A DNA stretch of 64,000 bases, taken from assembly GCA_043228905.1 (NCBI GenBank), contig JBHGNT010000020.1, positions 14,384,001 to 14,448,000 on the forward strand, given 5' to 3'. This DNA comes from Azolla caroliniana (lineage: Eukaryota > Plantae > Polypodiophyta). Under the pieces are notes generated by a model. It saw nothing but the letters and a program-made list of their open reading frames with translations, had not been told where the DNA came from and did not search any database. The position numbers and the translations under genes were made by a program. The stretch's first letter is position 1; each line of letters opens with the position of its first letter. Positions 54,230 to 64,000 of the stretch are shown piece by piece.

Positions 54230-57200
54230 AGATGTAAGTTTTGTCCACAACCCATATTCGGTACAATGAGCTTGATGTGGTAACTATCATATTGTGAAAT
54301 GGAAACAAATTTAGGGTGTGTAGTAGAAAATATAGGGAATAGACTAGTTAGGAAAAATATTAAGTGGGCATATAAGGAGACATATGTTACTAAATTTAGG
54401 CGTTATGGGCAAAATCCATACTTCAATGAATGTTACATAACAAATTGATCATCTATATTTGAGATGATAAAAAGCATTAACCGCTTTTTGTTTAACATTG
54501 GTTTGAGCTTCACCATGCAGATTCATTATTTTTCGGTCTTACCTTTAATCAACATTAAGTCTGGTTCGATAGTGTAGCCTCACAATTTAAGACAACATGA
54601 TACTTCTTTTTTACTGCAAGGTAAATTGATTATTTTACGTTAAGTACATATAGTTCTAAGTCTAGTCGACTAATACTTCATAGGCCTTCAACTATTACTT
54701 TGGTCTCCTATGCTTTCTAATCTTTAATGAAAACTTAGAACTAATTGTATTCAAACTTGTCTACATTACTAATATTAGTTTAGTCTCCTACATTTAGTGT
54801 TGTTTAATAAAAACTTTCTACTTTTCTTCCAATGTGCATTAGTACTAATAACGTTTTTATCCATGTTTGGTATTTTTAAATAATAACTTAGTATTGTCCT
54901 CCAATATGCATCAATGCTATTTATGTATGTACCGATATTTAGTACTTTTAAATAACAATGTAGTATTGTCCTCCCATGTGCATCAATACTAATTTTATAT
55001 TGACCTATATTTAGTATTTTTATATAACAACTTAGTATTGTTGTTCTATATGTATCATCACTAATTGTTTATTCATCTATGCTTAGTATTTTGAATAACA
55101 ACTTAATATTGCTATCAAATGTGCATCAGTACTAATTATGTGTTTACCCATGTTTACTTAGTATTGTCCTCCCATATGTGTTAGTACTGATTTTCTACTC
55201 ACTTATGTTTTGTATCTATAAATAATAACTTAGTATTGTCCTCCCATGTGCATTGGTACAATTGTGTATTTACTTAAATTTAATATTTTTAATTAAAAAC
55301 TTAACATTGTCCCCCCCATGTGTGTCAGTACTACTTTTTTACTCATGTATGTTCAGTATCTATAAATAATAACTTAGTACTATCCTCCCATGTGCATCAG
55401 TACTAATTGTATATTTACCTAAGTTTAGTATTTTTAAATAAAAACTTAGTACGATCCTTCCATGTGCATTAATACTAATTGCATATTTACCCAAATGTAG
55501 TATTTTCAAATAAAAACTTAGTACTATCCTCCCATGTGTGTCGGTACTAATTTTCTACTCACTTATGTTTAGTATTTTTAAATAGCAACTTAGTACTATC
55601 CTCCTATGTGAATCAATACTAATTGTCTATTCACGTGTTTAGTATAAATATAAATAAAAACTTACTATTGTCCTCCAATGTGAATCGGTACTAATTGTCT
55701 ATTCATGTATGTTTAGTATCTACATGTAATAACATAGTATTCTCCTCCCATGTGCATTAGTACTAATTTACAACATAGTATTATCCTTAATTTACAACTT
55801 TGTATTGTCCTCCCACATGCACAAGTACTGATTATGTTTTAAGCCATGTAAAATATTCTTAATTTACAATACAGTACTATCCTCCCATGTTTATCATTAC
55901 TAATTCTATATTAAGCCATATTAAGTATTCTTAATTTACAACTTAGTATTGTCCTCTCACATGAATCAATACGGATTATGTTTTAAGGCATGCAAAGTAT
56001 TCTTAATTTACAACTTAGTACTGTACTCCCATGTGCACAAGTACTAATTATGTTTTAAGCGATGTAAAATATTCTTAATTTACAACACAGTACTATCCTC
56101 CAACATCTATCAGTACTAATTTTGTTTTAAGCCATGTTAAATATTCTTAATTTACAACTTGGTACTTTCCTCTCACATGAATCAATACTAATTATGTTTT
56201 AAGACATGTTAAGTATTCTTAATTTACAACTTACTAACGTCCTCCCATGTACACAAGTACTGATGATGGTTTAAGCCATATAAAGTATTCTTAATTTACA
56301 ACTTAGTACTATCCTCCCACATTTATCAATAGTAATTCTGTTTTAAGACATGTTAAGTATTCTTAATTTACAACTTAGTAATGTCCTCCCACGTGAATCA
56401 ATATTAATTAAGTTTTAAGACATGTTAAGTATTGTTTGGCTACATGTGATGTACTAACTTAGTATTGTTACTAATGTTTGTTGGCTACTTGTGATGCAAA
56501 ATGCATAGGTACTTCTCATTGACCAACATTAGGATGCAATGGAACTACTTCAGGTCTGGACATGGAAAGGGAGATCATGATGGGGTGGAGGCTATGATCA
56601 AGCATGCTCTTATAAGCAAGAAGAGGGATAATAAAGGTGCTAAGTTACAAAATGCACGTAATGTTGTGAGGTAGCTGACATGGAAGGTGTCAAAATGATG
56701 GTAAGAATAGATTGTTTATTGAGACTCCTGCTAATGCTAATGAGTTGGATAGAAATAAATCATATGGTTGTAAAACCGTGAAAAGGACATGTAAGATCCA
56801 TTGTTCTTTAGGGTTTTGTTGCAATGACACAACACAATTGTTATTTCACAGTTTATCAGGCTTTTGTTCCATGTGTATTATAGATGAATCTTGGATGAAT
56901 GCACCAATCTATCAACCATGGAGTCATGGAAGTTGTCAAAGCTTGAGATTCAATGACACGATGATATTCAAGAAAACAAACATTCAGACAATATTGTATA
57001 CTACAACCAATGTACACTTTTATTGGATATCATTTTGCAGTGCTGAAATCTCCTCAAAATGAAGATTTTGAATGAAGACTACTACATTGTGGTGTGCAAG
57101 CAAGGGAACACAATATTGAAAGAAGTGGAGAGAGATGGTTGAGGGAACATGTCCAATTTTGGCGAGTCTATTATCTGTGGCAACTATTATTGCAAGAACA

Positions 57201-57330
57201 CGTATGCATTATTGCAAGATGCACCCACTACCATAATCTAGATGATGCCATTATCACAATCAAGTTCACTATGGACTTAGGCAAAGCACGAGATTAAGGG
57301 ATACAAAACTATCTACAAGGTCCCTCAAGA
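54230..57330 (+). pseudogene. Decayed spliced DDD transposase, Sola-like (probably Sola2 type)
   Basis: I*DDKKH*PLFV*H...VWFDSVASQFK (54458-54620), a GT..AG phase-2 intron at 54621-56508, then WNYFRSGHGKGDHDGVEAMIK and a later T.KIH...SLSGFCSMC motif. Superfamily assigned from remembered motif patterns. Confidence 0.7.
54770..56435. repeat. 72-73-bp satellite, ~22 copies
   Basis: Unit ACTTAGTAYTRTCCTCCCATGTGCATCAGTACTAATT...; period 73 at 55371/55444/55517 and 72 at 55941/56013/56085. Confidence 0.93.
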
Positions 57331-57481
57331 TGTACATTAACACATATTGGGGGAGGCCTCCCTGTTTAATGCTTGGACTTTTGACGGTTAATACATTGTA
57401 GAAACCTTGTAGAATGGCAAGTGATCTTCAATTTTATATGTAACTTCAGAAGTTATCCTAATTAGGGATGACAAATTCATG

Positions 57482-57830
57482 AATATATATCCTCTTTGGT
57501 TTTCATAAAGTGTTTGGCGCTCTTATAGTGTTAACTGTTTCTAGTAATGTATATATCCTCTTTGGTGTTCATTAAGTGTTTGGTGCTCTTATAGTGGTAA
57601 ATGTTTCTAGTAATGTAATATCCTCTTTGGTTTTCATAAAGTGTTTGGTGCTCTTATAGTGTTAAATGTTTCTAGTACAATATATATCCTCTTTGATTTT
57701 CATAAAGTTTTTGATGCTCTTATAGTGCTAACTGTTTCTAGTAATGTATATATCCTCTTTGGTTTTCATAAAGTGTTTGATGCTCTTATAGTGTAAACTG
57801 TTTCTAGTCATGTATCTATCATCTTTTGTT
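57482..57830. repeat. ~66-bp tandem repeat, ~5 copies
   Basis: Unit ATATATCCTCTTTGGTTTTCATAAAGTGTTTGGTGCTCTTATAGTGTTAACTGTTTCTAGTAATGT. Confidence 0.93.
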
Positions 57831-59199
57831 CACTATAACAACTATTATGCAAAGTTGTGACGGTCCTCCCACATGTATACTTTAGTAAAAGATGCACCCA
57901 CCGCCATAATCTATGTTGAGGCCATTATCACAATCAAGTTCACTATGTCTCAAAAAAAGCACAAGGTTAAGGGAAGTAAACTGTCTACAAGGTTCCTCAT
58001 GAGGTAATGATGTCATAAACATGTTTGGAGTGTAATGGACTCAACATTCATCTTCTCATAAAACATCATATTCATAGTTAGAGAGAGTTTAACAAAAACA
58101 ATGTCAGGAATATAAATTTGGCACATAATAAGTATAAAAAAGATATATCATTTCAATATGACAATAACAAGTACAGACCATGACCCATAAAATCTTTGGC
58201 AATAGTATTTTCTGGTACTTGTAATGCATTGAGAACAGATCATCTCCTTCATTGGTTTTACACCCTTGTGCATATTGTTGAGTGACACTTCATCAGATGA
58301 TTCCCCTCCTCAGACTGCTAGCACCCCCCTTGTGTTTCCTACTTCATTGTTTACACCAACATGAGATGCGGTTGATAGCAATATCTTCATGTACCTCATG
58401 GGTGCCTTGTTACGGGCATGACCATATAATATCCCGTGGTAAGAATTTACCGTAGTATTCTATACACGTTGTCGTGCCTTTCGGCTCCGGATCGTTGCGT
58501 GAGTCGGGTGGGAACCGCTGGGGTTTTGGACTAGGAAGAGGAGAGTTTTAAGGCTAATAAGAATATAAATATGTTGTAAGAAAGAGTTATAGCAAACTCG
58601 TGAATCCCACGAGTGTATTGTATTAGATTAATCAATATGAATATAAGAATATAAACTTCGGTTGAAAGAGAATGATATAGAATTCTCGTGAATCCCACGA
58701 GTATAGTTTATTAATTGGTGTTTTTTAGAAACATATCTAGTTTCCAAATATTTTTCACACACAATTACATTGTGCTCCCCATCCTTATGTAGTGATGAGG
58801 AAGTCTTAGTAATCCATGCTTTTTCTCTAACTATAGACCCCATGCTTTTCCTATAGATAGACTATATGCTTTATCTAAAGTGATCATGCTTTTTTTCTGA
58901 CTTGTGCGTTTTTTATCATGCACGCTAGATGTGTATGTGTAGCTTTTTCTTTTGTTATGCGTTTTTCTAATGTTTATCCTAGCGTGAATTTACCTTTCTA
59001 TGTGGGACATCTATGCTTTAACACTAATGAAATGCTAGTGTAATGGTAAGACATTACATTATTAACATGGAGGTGCAAGGTTTGAATCTTGCCCTATGCA
59101 TGTTCCATTTATTTTGTTATTTTCTTCTATTTCTTCATTTTTTATTGAATCTAATACTATATACGTTTTTCACGTAGTATACAAAATACACTACGACAC

Positions 59200-61242
59200 T
59201 CACCCCCTCCAAACCCGCACATCCTCCGGTATGTGCCGAAGTTGTTGGTGTTTGTTAGTCTCCTCCGTCCGGTCTCTACCCGATTGGTTTCGTTGCCGGC
59301 TCGTAGTACCCTCGACTTCTCTTGTTATGTTGACTTTGTCTCTCCATTTGGAGCACATCCATTCTTTCCACCCGAACCATTGTCGACATCCGATCCACCA
59401 TAGTCTTCGTTCGCTTTTTGCATGGCCCGCTTGGTCCTTGTCATCCACGGTAGTATCTTTTCTTGCCCTCTTTCTTTTCTTCATCAATCTCGACTTCTTT
59501 TCGGATTTTCGGTTTAGTCGGATTAGCTTACTTCCGATTCGGTCTCGTCGGATCGTCTTTCGTTTAGTTCGGCTTCCTTTCCGATTTGTATTCGGTCGAT
59601 CCGGACTCGGTTGATCGGTTTTTACCGATTCAGTGCTCTTTCGGGTCGGTTTCTTTTCTTTTCTTTTCGTCCGGATTTGCTTTCTTTTCTTCGTTTTCAC
59701 CTGCCTTGTCCGGTTCGACTTTCGGCACTTCTTTCCGTTGTTCGCCACGTAGGTCCTCCGATATGTGCTCGTTGTTCGGTCCTCGTGTGGTTGTAATGCA
59801 TGCTTCTTTTCTCGCCGTAGCGCGTGCTTCTTTATTCGCCATAACACGCGTTTCTTTATTCGCCGTAGAGTGTGCTCTGTATTACGCGCTTCTCCCGTCG
59901 TAGACCCGACCTCCGCATTGTCGCACTTTCTTTTAGATTGGAATTTCGGATGGATCATTTTCCATCCGAACCGACTTCCGACTTTACCTTCCTCGCCGCC
60001 ATCTCCCGTCTCTCCGGTCTCACGTTGGTTCTCGGACACAACCGCCGAAGTCTCTAGATATTGTTGGCATGAATCCTCGGTATTACCTTCTTTCGTAGTT
60101 TCACCCTTAGCATTCTTCTCGGCTATCTCTTCATCGTATTCGTCGGCTTCGACATTCGTTTTCTCTCCGCCACCTTCCGTCTCTTCGGTCTCACGTTGCC
60201 TTTCGATCGCAACCGCCGGAGTCTCTGGAATCAGTGGTGGGGAAGTCTCGATATGGCAATCCGCCATTGATTCGTCCATAGCCACCTCCGATTCGATTTC
60301 GTCTTTTGTGGCTACCTCCTTAATCACATCCGCTTCACACTCTTTATCTGCATCAATTATGCAAACATCTATTATGCTTACCCCTTTTTGGCCCGATGTC
60401 TCGAGCACTTGTATCCCGAAATTTCCTTCTACACTTGAATTATCGGCCTTATCCTTCGCCATCGTTCTTTCACAAGACGAGTGGGTGTCTTGTTCCACTC
60501 TTTCTCCCGTGGTACCATCATGTTGTATTTCGGCCTTCATATTGGCTTCATCGTTTTTCCTCAATCGACCATCCTTCATGGGCCATGTCGTTGTTGACGA
60601 GATTCTCAGCTTCCTTTCATCATGTCTTCGGCATACCCTTTCGACTTTAGCCCAATCCTCGGTAAGGCCGTTCGCACCGTCATCATCTTCGAGTTCGATC
60701 CCAATGTCCATCCTTTCTTTCCGATCGATCGATCTTACGAACATTAAGACTTTATCTCCTCCCACCAATCTTCGTTCCCGCTCCGAGAGTCGAGCAAAAC
60801 AATGCTCGAACTCTAGGAACGCTTGCGTTGCACTTCGGTGAGTCTTCTCCGACGCCACCCATTCGTCGAATTCTCGTCGATCTCGTCCCGTCCATCTCTC
60901 ATAGTCATATGCCTCCCGTAAAGCTTCTTCAAAGGACTCCCATGTCGAGTTTTGTTGTTGTATCTTGTGGATTCTCCCTTGAAGCCCGTCGGTCGCCACC
61001 CGGTTAAAGGATGTCACTTGCAGTCCTTCCGAAGCCCGGCACCGGAGCATCTCCGCCTTGTAGTCCTGCAAATATCGCGACACATCCTTACCATTAAATT
61101 GCCCATTGCGTTGCACGAGCCGCACTACTGATGCCGAAATCTCCGACATCGTGCGTTGTTCTTGAAGCATCCGTTCCAACATTATCATCATCATGTTCAT
61201 CGCCTCTTGTTGATTCTCCATCTCCTTGCCACCCACCTTCAC
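59200..61242 (-). CDS. 680-aa gag-like protein with acidic middle and very basic C-terminal region
   Basis: Uninterrupted ORF from PBS to PPT (first ATG at MENQQE). Capsid-like N-terminus FNGKDVSRYLQDY...TWESFEEAL. No PR/RT/RH/INT motifs. Confidence 0.8.
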   Translation of the reverse strand: MKVGGKEMENQQEAMNMMMIMLERMLQEQRTMSEISASVVRLVQRNGQFNGKDVSRYLQDYKAEMLRCRASEGLQVTSFNRVATDGLQGRIHKIQQQNSTWESFEEALREAYDYERWTGRDRREFDEWVASEKTHRSATQAFLEFEHCFARLSERERRLVGGDKVLMFVRSIDRKERMDIGIELEDDDGANGLTEDWAKVERVCRRHDERKLRISSTTTWPMKDGRLRKNDEANMKAEIQHDGTTGERVEQDTHSSCERTMAKDKADNSSVEGNFGIQVLETSGQKGVSIIDVCIIDADKECEADVIKEVATKDEIESEVAMDESMADCHIETSPPLIPETPAVAIERQRETEETEGGGEKTNVEADEYDEEIAEKNAKGETTKEGNTEDSCQQYLETSAVVSENQRETGETGDGGEEGKVGSRFGWKMIHPKFQSKRKCDNAEVGSTTGEARNTEHTLRRIKKRVLWRIKKHALRREKKHALQPHEDRTTSTYRRTYVANNGKKCRKSNRTRQVKTKKRKQIRTKRKEKKPTRKSTESVKTDQPSPDRPNTNRKGSRTKRKTIRRDRIGSKLIRLNRKSEKKSRLMKKRKRARKDTTVDDKDQAGHAKSERRLWWIGCRQWFGWKEWMCSKWRDKVNITREVEGTTSRQRNQSGRDRTEETNKHQQLRHIPEDVRVWRG

Positions 61243-61818
61243 GTCGGGTTCACCAACTGTGTCGTGCCTTTCGGCTCCGGATCGTTGCGTGAGTCGGGTG
61301 GGAACCGCTGGGGTTTTGGACTAGGAAGAGGAGAGTTTTAAGGCTAATAAGAATATAAATATGTTGTAAGAAAGAGTTATAGCAAACTCGTGAATCCCAC
61401 GAGTGTATTGTATTAGATTAATCAATATGAATATAAGAATATAAACTTCGGTTGAAAGAGAATGATATAGAATTCTCGTGAATCCCACGAGTATAGTTTA
61501 TTAATTGGTGTTTTTTAGAAACATATCTAGTTTCCAAATATTTTTCACACACAATTACATTGTGCTCCCCATCCTTATGTAGTGATGAGGAAGTCTTAGT
61601 AATCCATGCTTTTTCTCTAACTATAGACCCCATGCTTTTCCTATAGATAGACTATATGCTTTATCTAAAGTGATCATGCTTTTTTTCTGACTTGTGCGTT
61701 TTTTATCATGCACGCTAGATGTGTATGTGTAGCTTTTTCTTTTGTTATGCGTTTTTCTAATGTTTATCCTAGCGTGAATTTACCTTTCTATGTGGGACAT
61801 CTATGCTTTAACACTAAT

Positions 61819-61890
61819 GAAATGCTAGTGTAATGGTAAGACATTACATTATTAACATGGAGGTGCAAGGTTCGAATCTTGCCCTATGCA
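61819..61890 (+). promoter_or_regulatory. tRNA-like Pol III A/B-box module in gag-only LTR U3 (also 59029-59100, and 6470-6541 on the minus strand)
   Basis: A box TAGTGTAATGGT 61826-61837 and B box GGTTCGAATC 61869-61878 inside a GCAAG/CTTGC stem, followed by TTTT ~25 nt downstream. Confidence 0.65.
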
Positions 61891-62629
61891 TGTTCCATTT
61901 ATTTTGCTATTTTCTTCTATTTCTTCATTTTTTATTGAATCTAATACTATATACGTTTTTCACGTAGTGTACAAAATACACTACGACAACGTGGATAAGT
62001 GTGAGGGTTAAATGAGAGTGTAAAGAAGGGGAGGATTACTTTTAATCCTCGGGATTGAGACAACCCATTAGTTCAAGTGTGAACTTGCCTGGGGGCCTTG
62101 GGTTTCGCTATAAATAAGAGGCCTAGCTACCCTCATTGGAGCATCTTTTGACTACATCGAGACTCTGCTCGTGTGGTGGGTCAACTCTTGTAGCGAGCGC
62201 GCCAGCACCAGGTACGACTCGACGCCACGGCGGTGGTATGGGACGCCGATCGAGGCTCGAGTCCGTCTCGATCCCTTCGCTCGGGGGTGGTCGGGTGGAT
62301 CGGCACCCTTCTTTCTCTTTCTCCTTTCTATCTATCTTTTCATTATCCTTATCTTAAGCTTACATTAGTACTATGATCTATAATATTTGGTATCAGATTT
62401 TTTTACTAATGTTTCTTTGTTTTTCATTTGTCTTTTGATTGATGCTGATCGATCATTGTGCGGTTGGCCTTGATCCAGACAACGATCAACAAAGAACTTC
62501 GGTAACTCTTTCCATATTTTTTTTTCTATTCTCTCTTCTCCCATCTAATCATGTGTTTAGTTTATATGTAATTTTTTTCATTAAATCAATGATGTTGTAG
62601 TGGTCTTTAATTGATTATCTAAAACGTTT

Positions 62630-62900
62630 ACATATGTGCACGGGGTCAATACCTCGTTTGACATGTTAATAATATGTGATGAGTGTCGTATGCGTACGAG
62701 GTTAATACCTCAATTACGTATTACGTTCACGAACATATGTTACGTTTGCGTATGAGTTTAATACCTTGATTTGTTGTAAACGATATGCGTTTGGTCTCGT
62801 ATGCGTAAGAGGTCAATACCTCCATTGCGTATTACGATGATCTCTTATTTGTGGATGTTTCGTGTGCGTAGAGGTATATACCTCGATTACGTATCTCGAT
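62630..62900. repeat. Array of 5 palindromic-core repeats (55-62 bp period) with divergent spacers
   Basis: CGTATGCGTA-GAGGTNAATACCTC-GATT cores at ~62643, 62698, 62754, 62809 and 62871. Confidence 0.75.
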
Positions 62901-64000
62901 CACATCATTTGTGGCTATTTACTATAACGATATGTTGAATATAGGCATATGTGGTCACATATATACGTATTTGATCGTATATATGTGATAAGTAACCATA
63001 TGTGTATATTCGTTATTACGTGATTATATCGAAAGTTGTCATGATCAGGAAAAGGATGTTGGTGGCCGTCCTCACATTTTTGTGAGAATGGCGTTGTCAC
63101 CATCCCTTTTTCAACATTTTTTTATTGTTGATAACCCCATTGACGACCTCGATTTCGTTACGTAAAGAAACGCCAATAGCCAAAATGATGTTGAGTACGT
63201 AGGGCTTGACCCACTTCAAGTGAGGTCGCTCCAATGACGCACGTATCCAACATCCTTCCCTCGTTACATGGATACGATGCCACCATGAGCTCGTTCTTAC
63301 GAGAGGCATTCGTAATGACGTGACCATGTGATGGCCCACGTGAGCCTACTACGAAACGAGGGCTCATTTGGCTTGACCATTAGGTTGCCCTTTGACATAT
63401 GCCATCGTAATTACGAGACTTGAGGTTAGGTAACGTACCAACATAGTGTTGGTAAATGAGGGCGAAATAAGGACCCTTGACATATATGTTCTTTTAAAAA
63501 AACGTATATGATCAATTGCCTCGCATATCTCTTATACGCATCAAACATTAAGCATTCGAGAAGAGCAACTTACTTTGTTGGCTCAAGTGTTTAATGTATT
63601 TGTTCTCGAGGTCTCGAGTTCAAATATGACCAAGACCATACAACATCCTTGATACATATGACTATAACACATGTTTAGACTTAAGGTCTAAGTGCACCTC
63701 GGGGTCCTCGTAATAGGACTTAAAGAGCCGAAACCACTTATGTGGGCACCGAAACATAGTTTATTGTTAACATTTTTTTTCGTGTATAAACTATTCATGA
63801 CGCGAACATACATGGTTGAGCCTCGGGGAGCCACCATGAAAAAATCGATATAGAGATCAGGGAAAGACATTTATTTGTCACCCCCATGGTTTTTAAAACA
63901 CCTTTGTGTTACCATAGTAACCTGATCTTGAACCTCATCTCATACGTCTAGAGGGGTATTGACGTGAGATAATGATATCGATTAATGCTCGCCCATGATA

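Larger units (their letters stand above)
58470..61988 (-). mobile_element. Gag-only (TR-GAG-like) LTR retrotransposon, copy 2, young and intact
   Basis: Two 729-bp LTRs (58470-59198, 61260-61988) with 3 differences noticed, 4-bp TSD ACGT, 18-nt PBS complementary to the tRNA-Trp 3' end (61238-61255), PPT GGAGGGGGTGAG, a single ORF and no pol. Confidence 0.95.
58408..64000 (+). mobile_element. Older LTR element (5' LTR 58408-62385, interrupted; tRNA-iMet PBS; non-coding leader to window end)
   Basis: TGTTAC start at 58408, TATAAATA ~62109, LTR end ~62385 followed by TT-TGGTATCAGA. The LTR is contiguous across the ACGT TSD of the nested element. Confidence 0.65.

Noticed and set aside
59765-60841. 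358-aa plus-strand ORF
   Set aside because: Antisense shadow of the purine-rich gag-like ORF, Ser-rich and low complexity, with no domain signal.
62630-62900. CRISPR array
   Set aside because: Eukaryotic retroelement context, degenerate repeats, partly related spacers and no cas genes.

Overview
Repeat-rich land-plant nuclear DNA. The TE complement (a Tcn1/Tf1-like chromovirus and tRNA-Trp-primed gypsy-type elements) suggests a non-seed plant, which is an inference. There is one apparently intact host gene: a 14-exon malectin-like/LRR receptor kinase (LRR-I type, 954 aa by my splice model) on the minus strand at 10767-34224, with two TE-filled introns of 8.5 and 10.3 kb. Two pseudogenised fragments of paralogues also occur, one of them inside the 5' LTR of a Copia element. 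The rest is nested mobile DNA: an L1 LINE with TSD and an internal solo LTR, several Copia relics, a full-length Tf1/Tcn1-like gypsy element with a self-priming signature, two members of a gag-only LTR family (tRNA-Trp PBS, 4-bp TSD), two hAT-type MITEs, and a decayed Sola-like transposase whose intron holds a 72-bp satellite. The most notable observation is that two unrelated LTR families carry the same antisense tRNA-like A-box/B-box (Pol III promoter) module in U3. All coordinates were read by eye and may be off by a few bases where stated as approximate.
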